DNA of 64,000 nt, from contig CP097974.1 in NCBI GenBank assembly GCA_023703675.1, positions 1,006,220 to 1,070,219 of the forward strand, in the 5' to 3' direction. This DNA comes from SAR86 cluster bacterium. GTDB lineage: Bacteria > Pseudomonadota > Gammaproteobacteria > Magnimaribacterales > AG-339-G14. The first letter of the stretch is position 1; each line of letters opens with the position of its first letter. This document shows positions 37,947 to 48,182 of the stretch, piece by piece. Under the pieces are notes generated by a model. It was not told where the DNA came from. It did no database searches and saw only the letters and a program-made list of their open reading frames with translations. Made by a program: the position numbers and the translations under genes.

Positions 37947-38658
37947 AGTAGTTTTAGTAACAGGAGGAGCAAAAAGAATTGGAAAATCAATTTGTAAAAA
38001 ATTCCATGAAAACGAATTTTCTATAATCTGTCATTATAACTCCTCAGAAGATGATGCTAACAAACTCAAAGAGAGTTTAAATTCAATAAGAAAAGATTCG
38101 GTTGAAATTGTTCAATTTGATCTCAATGATATTGACAAGTACGGATCGTTTTGTGAGAGTGTTATAGAAAAATTTGGAAGAATAGATGTTTTGATAAATA
38201 ATGCTTCTTCCTTTTACTCAACGCCAATTTTTGATAGAAGTAAGGATGCTTGGGATGATCTGATAAATTCAAATGTTAAAGGTCCTCACGAAATAATCAA
38301 AAATCTTAAGGAAAATCTCAAAGAAAATTTAGGAGTGATCATAAATTTATCTGACGCAATGATTATCAGAGGCATGAAAGATTATTCAATTTATTCAATT
38401 GCTAAAGGTGGATTAGAAACATTGACCAAGTCTCTTGCAAAAGAATTGGCTCCTGAGATAAGAGTAAATGCTGTTGCTCCAGGAGCAATCCTATTGCCCA
38501 CCGATGGTTCTTCAAATGAAGAAAAACTAATTTCTACTATTCCTCTTGGAAGAATAGGAAATGAAGAAGATATTTCTTCTGCGGTATTTCATCTCTATAA
38601 AAATAAGTACATCACTGGTCAAGTCCTTAGAGTTGATGGTGGAAGATCTCTTAATTAA
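37939..38658 (+). CDS. SDR, pteridine reductase / FolM-like
   Basis: 239 aa. It has VLVTGGAKRIGKSI...ICHYNSS (the PTR1/FolM-type cofactor motif), NNASSFY, YSIAKGG (YxxxK) and the C-terminal ITGQVLRVDGG. It lies in the same neighbourhood as folK and folB. Confidence 0.65.
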   Translation: MSKVVLVTGGAKRIGKSICKKFHENEFSIICHYNSSEDDANKLKESLNSIRKDSVEIVQFDLNDIDKYGSFCESVIEKFGRIDVLINNASSFYSTPIFDRSKDAWDDLINSNVKGPHEIIKNLKENLKENLGVIINLSDAMIIRGMKDYSIYSIAKGGLETLTKSLAKELAPEIRVNAVAPGAILLPTDGSSNEEKLISTIPLGRIGNEEDISSAVFHLYKNKYITGQVLRVDGGRSLN

Positions 38659-38670
38659 GATTGTCTAACT

Positions 38671-39726
38671 ATGATAAAAAAAGTGGAGGGAGAAATGAAT
38701 GGCACCAAAGAAATGTCTGAAAAACATTTCATTGATGCAAAAATTTTAAATGATTATCTTGAAAATAACATTGACGCTTATGAAGGGCCTCTGAACATAG
38801 AAGAATTCATTGGTGGGCAATCCAATCCAACCTATTTATTAAAGACTCCATCAGCATCATATGTTTTAAGAAGAAAGCCTCCTGGGAACCTTTTAAAATC
38901 AGCTCACGCGGTGGATAGAGAATATAGAGTTATATCTGCGCTAAATAATACCAATGTTCCAGTTCCTAAAGCGTACCTCCACTGCGAGGACGAATCTTTG
39001 ATAGGAACAGAATTTTTCGTGATGGAATTTATAAATGGAAGCGTAATTTGGGATCCTGATATTCCTCACGGAACAAATTCCGATAGAACACAAATTTATG
39101 AATCTATGAATAAGACCATTAAGAGACTTCATAAAGTAGATCCTATAAAAATTGGTTTAGAAGATTTTGGCAAACCGGGAAATTATGTTGGAAGGCAAGT
39201 GGCGAGATGGTCTAAACAATATGAATTATCTGAAACTGAAAAAATTCCTGCAATGGATAGCCTTATTCAATGGCTACCAAAAAATCTTCCATCAGAGAAA
39301 CCCACCCGCTTAGTTCATGGCGATTTTAGTTTAACCAACGTAATAGTGAACAATGATTCAAACGAAATAGCATCTATTTTAGACTGGGAACTTTCGACTT
39401 TGGGCGATCCGATTGCTGATTTTAGTTATCATTGTTTGAGATATCTAGACAATCCCGTTCTGTCAAATGAACAGGAATGTTTAAGACTTGGAATTCCAAC
39501 TTACAAAGATTATGTAAAAATGTATTTCGAAGGGTCAGATTTTGATATCAAACCAGACGAATGGAATCTTTACATGGCATTTAATATGTTTAAAATCGCC
39601 GCTATTTTACAAGGTATTACTGGAAGAGTTAGAGATGGTACAGCCGCAGGAAAAGATGCTGATAAACTTTTTCCTCAAACAGTTGAACTAGCAACTAATG
39701 CTTGGAAGCTAATCAACAGCAATTAA
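38671..39726 (+). CDS. Phosphotransferase (APH-fold kinase, ACAD10/11 N-terminal-domain-like)
   Basis: 351 aa. It has GGQSNPTYLL, VLRRKPPG..L.SAHAVDREYRV, a catalytic loop LVHGDFSLTNVIV and DWELSTLGDP. The substrate is unknown. Confidence 0.75.
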   Translation: MIKKVEGEMNGTKEMSEKHFIDAKILNDYLENNIDAYEGPLNIEEFIGGQSNPTYLLKTPSASYVLRRKPPGNLLKSAHAVDREYRVISALNNTNVPVPKAYLHCEDESLIGTEFFVMEFINGSVIWDPDIPHGTNSDRTQIYESMNKTIKRLHKVDPIKIGLEDFGKPGNYVGRQVARWSKQYELSETEKIPAMDSLIQWLPKNLPSEKPTRLVHGDFSLTNVIVNNDSNEIASILDWELSTLGDPIADFSYHCLRYLDNPVLSNEQECLRLGIPTYKDYVKMYFEGSDFDIKPDEWNLYMAFNMFKIAAILQGITGRVRDGTAAGKDADKLFPQTVELATNAWKLINSN

Positions 39727-39729
39727 ATT

Positions 39730-41316
39730 ATGGAAAGCAATTTTAAACCTAAGTTAGATAGCAACTACTCCTACTATGTTTTATCCGTATTGCTTGTGGT
39801 CTACATTTTCAATTTTTTAGATCGTCAAATAATTGCCATTCTTGCCAACGATATAAGAGAAGATTTAGGAATTTCTCTTAGCGATCTTGGATTTTTGTAC
39901 GGGACTGCTTTTGCAATATTTTATTCAATTGTAGGAATTCCTTTAGCTAAATTAGCAGATACTTGGCACCGGAATTATTTAATTTCTGCCGGAGTTGCAA
40001 TATGGAGTTTAATGACAGCTGCCTCAGGCTTGATGCGAAGTTTCGTTGGTTTAGCCGTTTGTAGAATTGGAGTTGGAATTGGAGAATCTAGCGCAAGTCC
40101 AGCAGCCTACTCTTTGCTTTCAGATTATTTCTCAACCAATGTGAAAACAACCGTTTATTCAATTTATTCAAGCGGGATATATATTGGTGGTGGCATAGGA
40201 ATATTTTTAGGTGGTTGGATTGCTGACTCTTGGAATAATATTTATCCAATAGCTGAGCAAGCGCCTTTTCAATTAGCGGGATGGCAGATTGCTTTCATTA
40301 GTGTCGGGTTACCTGGACTATTAATTGCACTGTTGGTTTTAACAATAAAAGAGCCAATTCGAGGTCACTCGGAAGGAATACAAATAGAAAAAGAAGAAAG
40401 GCCATTTTTTGAAGCCGGTAAAATTTTATCAGGCATCCTTCCTATCTCTTCTTTAGTTTCTCTGCTTTACAAGAAAGAAAAATCTTCAGAAATTTATTAT
40501 CAAATTATTATGACATTCGGAATTATTTCTCTTGTCACGATAATGAGTTATTTGACAGGAGACATACTGCAATGGGGCGCGTTTGGACTTGGCCTGTTTA
40601 CTCTTCTTAGTTGGATTCAGACAGTGAAACTTAATGATCCGATTGCATTTTCTTTGGGTTTTAAATCCAAAACAATAATTTTTAGCATGATTGGCTTTCC
40701 ATTAATAAGTTTTATGGGCTACGCTGTAAGTGCATTTTTGCCAGCTTATTTCATTGAAACATTTGAAGTTACAAAAACTGTAGCAGGAAGAAATCTTGGA
40801 TTACAAAGCGCTATCTTTGGATTTTTTGGTTTATTGACTGGAGGACTTTTTTCAGATTATTTAAGAAAAAAATATTTAAATGGAAGAATTTATGTGGGGA
40901 TTTTTGCTGTAGTGACCTCTCCAATTTCAATTATTTTAGCTCTCCAATCCAAGGATTTATTTACTTTTTACGTTTTTCATATCATTTGGTCTTATGTTTC
41001 AACGCTTTGGGTGGGACTATGTGTTGCCACGGTAACTGATATGGTTTTGCCTAGAATGAGAGCTATGATTTCAGCTTTTTGGATTCTTATGGCTTCGGTT
41101 GTGGGATTATCACTAGGGCCTTATTCTATTGGCAAACTTGCTGATTATTTTATTTCATTGGACTATTCTTCAGCTAACTCAATCAGCTATTCCATACAAA
41201 TATGGTGTTCTGTATTCATAATAAGTCTAATCGCGCTGACTCTTGCAGCAAAATATCTTCCTGAAGAAGAAAATTCAAAAGTAGAAAGAGCTAGATTATT
41301 AGGCGAACAAATTTAA
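39730..41316 (+). CDS. MFS transporter (Spinster-like subfamily)
   Basis: 528 aa with about 12 or more TM segments. It has the MFS signature LDRQIIAILANDIREDLG..., LADTWHRNY, and CRIGVGIGESSASPAA. Confidence 0.8.
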   Translation: MESNFKPKLDSNYSYYVLSVLLVVYIFNFLDRQIIAILANDIREDLGISLSDLGFLYGTAFAIFYSIVGIPLAKLADTWHRNYLISAGVAIWSLMTAASGLMRSFVGLAVCRIGVGIGESSASPAAYSLLSDYFSTNVKTTVYSIYSSGIYIGGGIGIFLGGWIADSWNNIYPIAEQAPFQLAGWQIAFISVGLPGLLIALLVLTIKEPIRGHSEGIQIEKEERPFFEAGKILSGILPISSLVSLLYKKEKSSEIYYQIIMTFGIISLVTIMSYLTGDILQWGAFGLGLFTLLSWIQTVKLNDPIAFSLGFKSKTIIFSMIGFPLISFMGYAVSAFLPAYFIETFEVTKTVAGRNLGLQSAIFGFFGLLTGGLFSDYLRKKYLNGRIYVGIFAVVTSPISIILALQSKDLFTFYVFHIIWSYVSTLWVGLCVATVTDMVLPRMRAMISAFWILMASVVGLSLGPYSIGKLADYFISLDYSSANSISYSIQIWCSVFIISLIALTLAAKYLPEEENSKVERARLLGEQI

Positions 41317-41792
41317 TTTATTTTTTCTACCTCACTTAAGAAAGAATTTTTTTCTTTCAATAATTTTTCTATGCTTTTTTGGTTAACTGGATGAACGAAT
41401 TCAGAATAAATTTCCGCAAAAGGAACCAGAACGAATGAATATTTGAGAATGTCTTTGTGAGGAAGAGTTATCTTCCCTTCTGAGATTTCATCATTGAAAG
41501 TCAATAGGTCTAAATCAATTAATCTATCTGAAAATTTATTAACATTTTTTACTCGACCCATTTCTTTTTCTATTTTTTTCAACTTGCAATATGTCTCTTC
41601 TAAATCAACTTTAACCTCGCAAAGAATAACTTGATTTAAAAAATCGTTTCCCTCAAAACCCATTGACTTACTTTTGTATATTTTTGAGGTTTTTTTTAAA
41701 GCAGCAAACTTTGCAATCTCGTGTATAGCTTTTTCTAAATTTAATTGTGGTTCAATATTGCTTCCAAGACTAATAGTAATCAAAGACATCAA
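41313..41792 (-). CDS. folK: 2-amino-4-hydroxy-6-hydroxymethyldihydropteridine pyrophosphokinase
   Basis: 159 aa. Motifs include ISLGSN, R.IDLDLL and PHKDILKYSFVLVP. It overlaps folB by 4 nt. Confidence 0.88.
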   Translation of the reverse strand: MMSLITISLGSNIEPQLNLEKAIHEIAKFAALKKTSKIYKSKSMGFEGNDFLNQVILCEVKVDLEETYCKLKKIEKEMGRVKNVNKFSDRLIDLDLLTFNDEISEGKITLPHKDILKYSFVLVPFAEIYSEFVHPVNQKSIEKLLKEKNSFLSEVEKIN

Positions 41793-42139
41793 TTTGATCT
41801 CGAAATTTTTACACCAACATTCCTTGAACCTCTCAAGGCTCCTGGCTTGCTTACTTTTACAGTCACTTTTTTTATCTCTTTATTTTTTAAAACAAGCTTA
41901 GCAACTTCGTCAGCCATTTTTTCTACTAAAAAAAAAGAAGAGTTTTCAACGAGATTTATAACGCCTTTGCCAATAGATTTATAGTTTAAAGCATCATCAA
42001 TGTTATCTGTTTTTCCAGCCTTGCTGATGTCAAAATCCATTTCTAGGTTGATATTAACTATTTGTTTAACTTCTCTTTCCCATCCGAAAATCCCAATGAT
42101 CGTTTCAATTTCTAAATCCTCTATAAAAACTTTATCCAT
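41789..42139 (-). CDS. folB: Dihydroneopterin aldolase
   Basis: 116 aa. It has the pattern MDKVFIEDLEIETIIGIFGWERE..Q, DDALNY, V.V.KPGA. Confidence 0.88.
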   Translation of the reverse strand: MDKVFIEDLEIETIIGIFGWEREVKQIVNINLEMDFDISKAGKTDNIDDALNYKSIGKGVINLVENSSFFLVEKMADEVAKLVLKNKEIKKVTVKVSKPGALRGSRNVGVKISRSN

Positions 42140-42140
42140 A

Positions 42141-43154
42141 TCAAATCTCTTCTAGACTCCATCTAGGATTTACTGAAATATTATTTTCTTTATCACAAGA
42201 ACTAAACTTTTCAAATCCTGAGAAAGCTATCATTGCTCCGTTATCTGTGCAATGTGAAAAATCAGGATAAATCACAGTATATTTTTTTCCTAATTCTTCA
42301 TTAAATCTTTTCCTAAGTTGCTTATTAGCTGCAACTCCTCCAGAAAGCACTACTTGGTCTAGATTAAAATCAATCAACACTTTTTTTGTCTTATACAATA
42401 AACAATCTATGGCGGCTTCTTGAAATTCTAGGCTAATGTCTGAAATAGTTTGTTTTGTAAATTCATTTTTTTTCTTTAAAGAATTTACTTTATATAAAAC
42501 AGCTGTTTTCAAACCGCTAAAGCTGAAATTATAATCTTCAGATTTCAGGATAGGGCGAGGAAAGCTATCTTTCATTTTTTTTCCATTTACAGCATTTTTT
42601 TCAATTTCGGGTCCGCCCGGATATCGTAACCCTAACAATTTAGCCGTTTTATCAAAAGCTTCTCCAACAGCATCATCTATTGTTTGCCCAAGAATTTTAT
42701 AAACTCCGGAGCTCTCGACTTTCGCTAAAATAGTGTGTCCTCCAGATACCAAAAGAGTCAAAAACGGATATTTTAATTGTGGGGCATCATATTTTGCCAT
42801 TAGAAGATGGGCTTCCATATGATGCACAGGAATAACAGGAACATCTAAAGCAAAGCCTAAAGATTTTGCAAATGCTGATCCAACCATTAATGGCCCTCTC
42901 AATCCAGGCCCTTTTGTATAAGCAATTGCGTCAATATTTTTTAGACTCATATTAGAATCATCTAGGCCTTTTTTTAAAAGTGGTAAAAGTTTATTTGTAT
43001 GATCTCTAGCTGCTAACTCTGGAACTACTCCTCCGTAAAGAGAATGTTTGTCAGCTTGACTGAATAAAGATTCAAAAATAATCTTATTTTCTACTCCATC
43101 ATATAAAGCAATGCCTGTTTCGTCACATGAAGTTTCAATTCCTAAAATAAGCAT
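42141..43154 (-). CDS. tsaD: tRNA N6-adenosine threonylcarbamoyltransferase
   Basis: 337 aa. Motifs include ILGIETSCDETGIALY, HHMEAHL, LVSGGHT and VLSGGVAAN. It is divergent from rpsU as in E. coli. Confidence 0.95.
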   Translation of the reverse strand: MLILGIETSCDETGIALYDGVENKIIFESLFSQADKHSLYGGVVPELAARDHTNKLLPLLKKGLDDSNMSLKNIDAIAYTKGPGLRGPLMVGSAFAKSLGFALDVPVIPVHHMEAHLLMAKYDAPQLKYPFLTLLVSGGHTILAKVESSGVYKILGQTIDDAVGEAFDKTAKLLGLRYPGGPEIEKNAVNGKKMKDSFPRPILKSEDYNFSFSGLKTAVLYKVNSLKKKNEFTKQTISDISLEFQEAAIDCLLYKTKKVLIDFNLDQVVLSGGVAANKQLRKRFNEELGKKYTVIYPDFSHCTDNGAMIAFSGFEKFSSCDKENNISVNPRWSLEEI

Positions 43155-43238
43155 TTATAAATAATATCAGATGGAAATCTGCATCCAAAAATTTTGCATT
43201 ATCTTCTATTGATATATAGAATTGCCATCTTACAAAGT

Positions 43239-43457
43239 ATGCCAATAATTAAATTAAAAGATACCGAATCCTTTGATGCAGGATTAAGACGTTTTAAAAG
43301 ATCTTGTGATAAAGCTGGAGTCATTGCTGAAGTAAGAAAAAGAGAGTTTTACGAAAAACCTACATCTGTTAGAAAACGCAAAGCTGCTGCTGCCGTCAAA
43401 AGGGCTTCGAAAAGAAGAAAACTCGGTACCATGCCTCCTTTACGAGCTAGATTTTAG
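43239..43457 (+). CDS. rpsU: 30S ribosomal protein S21
   Basis: The track ORF starts at 43194. The S21 N-terminus [42 protein letters not shown] starts at the ATG at 43239, giving 72 aa. Confidence 0.93.
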   Translation: MPIIKLKDTESFDAGLRRFKRSCDKAGVIAEVRKREFYEKPTSVRKRKAAAAVKRASKRRKLGTMPPLRARF

Positions 43458-43467
43458 TAATTACTGA

Positions 43468-43917
43468 ATGTCAAAAGAACTCATATCTTCTATTCAAGAA
43501 GAAGTAAAAATATCTTTGAAATCTGGGGATAAATTTAAAGCCTCTACCCTAAGACTTATCGTCTCCGAATTAAAATTAGAAGAAAAGAATAAGTCTTCTG
43601 AATTAACTAGTGAAGAGTCAGTAACGATCATGGCTAGAATGATCAAGCAAAGGAAAGACTCCATAACTCAATTTGAATCTGCAAATCGGTTAGAGTTAGC
43701 ACAAAAAGAAAAAGATGAAATTGGAATTATACAAACCTTTCTTCCAGAGCAAATATCTGATGAAGATTTATCCAGTCTAATTGAAGAGATAATTAAGGAA
43801 ACTGGTGCCGAATCAATAAAAGATATGGGCAAAGTGATGGGAGCTCTTAAACCAAGAATTGTTGGAAAAGCAGATCCCGGATTTGCCAGTTCTATAGTCA
43901 AAAAATTATTATCTTAA
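43468..43917 (+). CDS. GatB/YqeY domain protein
   Basis: 149 aa. It has the typical YqeY pattern (LKSGDK...TLRLI.SELK, MIKQRKDSI..F..ANR.ELA.KE..EI.II..FLP). It follows rpsU as in Pseudomonas. Confidence 0.85.
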   Translation: MSKELISSIQEEVKISLKSGDKFKASTLRLIVSELKLEEKNKSSELTSEESVTIMARMIKQRKDSITQFESANRLELAQKEKDEIGIIQTFLPEQISDEDLSSLIEEIIKETGAESIKDMGKVMGALKPRIVGKADPGFASSIVKKLLS

Positions 43918-44502
43918 TTTTTTAATAGTTTCTACGATGGTAACAGTTTGTTGATCAGCTTCAATGTTCAATAAATCGCCTTTTTTTAAAAATTTTAAAT
44001 TAGTATTTTCCAAAGTTTCAGGAATTAAAGAAACTGAAAAAGACTTGCTATCAACGTTAACTACCGTAAGGCTAATTCCATTCAAAGCGACATAGCCTTT
44101 TTTCAAAATATACCCCTTAATAGATTTAGGAAGTTCAATTTTTAAAAGAGTCTCTTTGGATTTTTTAAAGTCAAGAATTTTACCTTTAGAATGTACGTGG
44201 CCAGAAACCAGATGGCCGCCAATTTCATCTCCCATTTTTAAAGATCTCTCTAGGTTCAAAGGTAGCTCAGAATTTAAACTTTTTAGATTAGTCAATTTTA
44301 GAGACTCATGGATTACATCGAAATTTATGGTGTCGGAGTTAAATTTCTTTACTGTTAAACAAACTCCGTTAACTGCGACACTGTCTCCTTTCTTAAGACC
44401 TTTAGTAAATTTTTTTGTTACTCTAACTGATAAATTAATACCATAATCTCTTGATTTTACTTCTGTCTTTTTTGAAAATTCTTGAACAATTCCGCTAAAC
44501 AT
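43909..44502 (-). CDS. ribE: Riboflavin synthase (alpha chain)
   Basis: 197 aa. It has MFSGIVQE and two lumazine-binding repeats (GDSVAVNGVCLTV; GYVALNGISLTV). Confidence 0.92.
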   Translation of the reverse strand: MFSGIVQEFSKKTEVKSRDYGINLSVRVTKKFTKGLKKGDSVAVNGVCLTVKKFNSDTINFDVIHESLKLTNLKSLNSELPLNLERSLKMGDEIGGHLVSGHVHSKGKILDFKKSKETLLKIELPKSIKGYILKKGYVALNGISLTVVNVDSKSFSVSLIPETLENTNLKFLKKGDLLNIEADQQTVTIVETIKKLR

Positions 44503-45057
44503 TTATAACTCTAAGTCAGAAAAGCTTGCTACTGAATAGATTGCTATTCCCTCATCGCTTAAGCTTGATTTATAAGATTTTCCTTCTGCATTTTTTTCTT
44601 CTCTGTCGAAAGCAACTAATGCTGCTACTAAATCGGCATCATTTTTTTTTAAATATTCCACAGTTCCTCTTATCGCTGTTCCTGCGGTTAGCACATCATC
44701 GACAATAATAACTTTTTTATTTTTTAAGAGCCCTATAAATTCTCCCCCTTCACCGTGTAGCTTTTCTTCTTTTCTATCAAAAACGAGACTCACCCTATTA
44801 TTGGTTTTATTAAAATATTCAATACCAACCGCCGTAGCTAAAGGTATGCCTTTGTAGGCCGGACCAAATATACAGTCAAACTCTAGATCATTTTTTTGAA
44901 TTAATTCGACATAGTGTTTTGATAATTCATATATGGAACTATTTTCAAAAAATTTAGAAATATCAAAAAAGTATTTGCTTTTTATTCCAGATTTGAGCGT
45001 GAAATCCCCATATTGTAAGGCGTCTAATTCCAAGGCTTTATCTAAAAAAGAGTGCAT
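44503..45057 (-). CDS. pyrE: Orotate phosphoribosyltransferase
   Basis: 184 aa. It has LQYGDFTLKSG..S.YFFD, GPAYKGIPLA and the PRPP motif VIIVDDVLTAGTAI. Confidence 0.9.
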   Translation of the reverse strand: MHSFLDKALELDALQYGDFTLKSGIKSKYFFDISKFFENSSIYELSKHYVELIQKNDLEFDCIFGPAYKGIPLATAVGIEYFNKTNNRVSLVFDRKEEKLHGEGGEFIGLLKNKKVIIVDDVLTAGTAIRGTVEYLKKNDADLVAALVAFDREEKNAEGKSYKSSLSDEGIAIYSVASFSDLEL

Positions 45058-45084
45058 ATAAGTGATATTCTAGACATTTTCTTT

Positions 45085-45708
45085 ATGGATAAAAACTTAA
45101 ATAATATATTTGTAATTTCGAGTCCTTCTGGCGGGGGAAAATCTAGCCTAATAGAAGCTTTATTTTCAGATGAAAGAGCAGAAAAAATTAAATTATCAGT
45201 TTCTTTTACAACAAGAGAAATTAGATCTTCTGAAAAAGATCAAAAAGATTACATCTTTATTAAAGAAGATGAATTTATGAAGAAAATAAATGACGGAGAT
45301 TTCATTGAATATGCAAAAGTTTTTGATAATTTTTATGGAACTGATAAGTTTCTAACAGAAAGAATACTTAAATCTAAAGACATAATTTTAGAGTTAGACT
45401 GGCAAGGAGCTTTTAGTATAAAAAAAACTTTCAAAAATGTCGTAAGCATCTTTTTAATTCCTCCATCCTATAAAGACTTAGAAAAAAGACTTACTATTAG
45501 AGGAACTGAATCTGACAGATCCATGAATCTTCGTTTATCGGCTGCCAAGGATGAAATATCGAAATATAAATCTTACGATTATTTAATTTTAAACGACAAT
45601 TTTAAAAGTGCCTTGAAAGATTTTAAAACCATTATTTTTGAAAAAAAATCTCCAAGCGAGTTCAAAACCAGAGTGACGAGTGATCTTTTAAGAAAGTTGC
45701 TGGATTAA
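45085..45708 (+). CDS. gmk: Guanylate kinase
   Basis: The track ORF starts at a GTG at 45052. The family N-terminus with the P-loop ([22 protein letters not shown]) starts at the ATG at 45085. TTRE.R..E..G.DY is also present. Confidence 0.92.
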   Translation: MDKNLNNIFVISSPSGGGKSSLIEALFSDERAEKIKLSVSFTTREIRSSEKDQKDYIFIKEDEFMKKINDGDFIEYAKVFDNFYGTDKFLTERILKSKDIILELDWQGAFSIKKTFKNVVSIFLIPPSYKDLEKRLTIRGTESDRSMNLRLSAAKDEISKYKSYDYLILNDNFKSALKDFKTIIFEKKSPSEFKTRVTSDLLRKLLD

Positions 45709-45739
45709 AAAGGTTTTTTTCATTAGAATCGTCTCTCTT

Positions 45740-45997
45740 ATGGCTAGAATTACTGTAGAAGATTGTCTTAAACAAATTCCTAATCGATACGAGATGGTAA
45801 AACTCGCTGCTAAAAGAGTGAAGCAACTCGCGGTTGACGGTAGAGAGCCAACTTTAGACCCCGACGATGATAAGCCAACTGTGATTGCTTTAAGAGAGAT
45901 TGCAGCAGGAACTGTAACAATCGAGAACATTGACAGTTTCAATTTCGATGCGTTAGAAGAAGAGTTCTCTGAACAACTTCAATCTGACGAAGAGTAA
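45740..45997 (+). CDS. rpoZ: RNA polymerase omega subunit
   Basis: 85 aa. The sequence [30 protein letters not shown] is near-identical in pattern to E. coli RpoZ. Confidence 0.95.
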   Translation: MARITVEDCLKQIPNRYEMVKLAAKRVKQLAVDGREPTLDPDDDKPTVIALREIAAGTVTIENIDSFNFDALEEEFSEQLQSDEE

Positions 45998-46043
45998 ATT
46001 AGAGAATATCTAACATTCACAAGAAATTTGCTAAACTTTCTGT

Positions 46044-48182
46044 ATGACAGCAGAGACTAAATCTATAACTAAACTAGCTTCTAGCTTAAGCGAATATCTT
46101 GACGATAAGCAGCTTGAACAAGTTAAAAAAGCTTATTTTTACGCTTCAAATGCTCATTTGGGCCAATTTAGATCAAGCGGAGATCCTTATGTCTCGCACC
46201 CAATTGCTGTAGCAAAAATATTAGCTGACTTTAAGATGGACGAAGATTGTCTCACTGCAGCAATACTGCATGATGTAATCGAAGACTCTGGAATTCCAAA
46301 ATCTTATTTAAAAAATGAATTCAACATCGATGTTGCAAACCTCGTGGATGGAGTAAGCAAACTAGATAAAATTTCTTTAGCATCAAAGCAAGAAGAACAA
46401 GCAGAAAACTTTCAGAAAATGCTGCTTGCTATGTCTAAGGACATAAGAGTGATAGTTCTAAAGCTTGCAGACAGGTTGCATAATATGAGAACACTAAGGT
46501 TTCTAGACGAAGAAAAACAAAAAAGAATCGCAGTTGAAACTTTAGAGATCTACGCTCCGATAGCTCATCGCTTGGGAATGCATCAATTTTATCGAGAATT
46601 AGAAGATTTGGCTTTTGAAGTGGTCCACCCTTTTAGAAATAAGGTCTTGCAGAGTGCGATCTCGAAAAATACCAAAGGTCGAAAAAAAATACTTAAAAAA
46701 ATAGAAAGTTCAATTAAAGAAAAACTCGACGAATATGAATTAAGTAGTCAGGTTACTGGCAGAAGAAAACATCTTTACGGTATTTTCAAAAAAATGAAAG
46801 CTCAGTCAAAAAGTCTAGATCAAGTTTTAGATGTTTATGCATTTAAAATTACAACCAATTCGGTCATGGACTGTTATAAAGCTCTTGGAATTCTTCATAA
46901 TTCTTTCAAACCAATCGAAGGAAGATTTAAAGATTATATTGCGATTCCAAAATCGAATTCGTATCAGTCTATTCATACTGGAATAATTACCTTTGATGGT
47001 CTCCCCATCGAAGTACAAATAAGAACCAACGACATGGATGAACTTGCTGAATATGGAGTCGCTGCTCACTGGATTTACAAAACTGGAGGTAAAGAAAATC
47101 CGGCTCAAGTGAGGGCAAAAAGATGGGTTAATACTTTGATGGAAGTAAGAAAGAATGTAGAAGATCCTCAAGATTTTATTGAAATAGTTAAAACAGGTTT
47201 AGTCCCTAATGAAATTTACGTTTTTACCCCTAAGGGAGACATAATTGAATTACCAAAAGGATCGACTCCTATAGATTTTGCTTTTGCAGTCCATTCAGAT
47301 ATTGGGATTCATTGCAGAGGCTGTAGAATAAATAAAAATTTAGCGCCAATTAACGTTCCATTAGAGAGCGGGCAAACGATTAGTATTATTACCGATAAAA
47401 TTCCGCAAGCTAATCCTTCATGGTTGGATGTTGTGAGAACTTCTCGAGCTAGAAGTTCGATAAGAAGTGTTTTAAAAGATTTAAAAATTTCTAAAGCCAG
47501 AAAATTTGGAAAATCAATTTTAGAGCAAGCTCTTGCGCCTCACGAAATTAAACTTAGAAATATCCCAAAAAATAGAATGGAAAAGCTTCTTTCCTCTATT
47601 AATGTAAAAAGTATGAGACAACTTCTCGAAGAAATTGGCTCTGGAAAGAGATCGAGCTTAGTGGTTGCTCATCAGATTATTCAATTTTTAGACTTTGATC
47701 AGACTGATTTAATTGAATTTTCAAACATACAAATTAGCGGTTCTGAAGGACTCGTTATTTCTTATGCGCCCTGTTGCCGCCCTATTCCTGGCGATAACAT
47801 TATCGCTCACTTCTCCAACTCCAAAGGTATCGTCATACACACCGAGAGATGCAAAAATATTAGGTCAATTCGTAAAGATCCTGCATTGTGCGCTCAAGTG
47901 AATTGGGATGAAAAAGTAGAAGGAGATTTCTCTGTCGAGATTAAGGTTTCATCGGAAGATAAGCCTGGATTATTAGCCGAAATATCGACCGTAATTTCTA
48001 ACTATCAAGCGAATATTGAAAGTTTTAAAACTGATTCTCCCATAGGTAACAGTATTCAAATGCACATTATAATGAATGTGAGCGACAGAGATCATTTAGC
48101 TAGGATAATGAGAAAATTAAGAAGATTAAGTCCGGTACTTTCAGTTTTCAGAGTTCAAAATAAAGATCTCTTTGAAGGATGA
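46044..48182 (+). CDS. spoT: Bifunctional (p)ppGpp synthetase/hydrolase
   Basis: 712 aa. It has an intact HD hydrolase (HPIAVAKIL...LHDVIEDS), a RelA/SpoT synthetase domain (YQSIHT), TGS and a C-terminal ACT. The gmk-rpoZ-spoT-...-recG context is the canonical one. Confidence 0.93.
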   Translation: MTAETKSITKLASSLSEYLDDKQLEQVKKAYFYASNAHLGQFRSSGDPYVSHPIAVAKILADFKMDEDCLTAAILHDVIEDSGIPKSYLKNEFNIDVANLVDGVSKLDKISLASKQEEQAENFQKMLLAMSKDIRVIVLKLADRLHNMRTLRFLDEEKQKRIAVETLEIYAPIAHRLGMHQFYRELEDLAFEVVHPFRNKVLQSAISKNTKGRKKILKKIESSIKEKLDEYELSSQVTGRRKHLYGIFKKMKAQSKSLDQVLDVYAFKITTNSVMDCYKALGILHNSFKPIEGRFKDYIAIPKSNSYQSIHTGIITFDGLPIEVQIRTNDMDELAEYGVAAHWIYKTGGKENPAQVRAKRWVNTLMEVRKNVEDPQDFIEIVKTGLVPNEIYVFTPKGDIIELPKGSTPIDFAFAVHSDIGIHCRGCRINKNLAPINVPLESGQTISIITDKIPQANPSWLDVVRTSRARSSIRSVLKDLKISKARKFGKSILEQALAPHEIKLRNIPKNRMEKLLSSINVKSMRQLLEEIGSGKRSSLVVAHQIIQFLDFDQTDLIEFSNIQISGSEGLVISYAPCCRPIPGDNIIAHFSNSKGIVIHTERCKNIRSIRKDPALCAQVNWDEKVEGDFSVEIKVSSEDKPGLLAEISTVISNYQANIESFKTDSPIGNSIQMHIIMNVSDRDHLARIMRKLRRLSPVLSVFRVQNKDLFEG

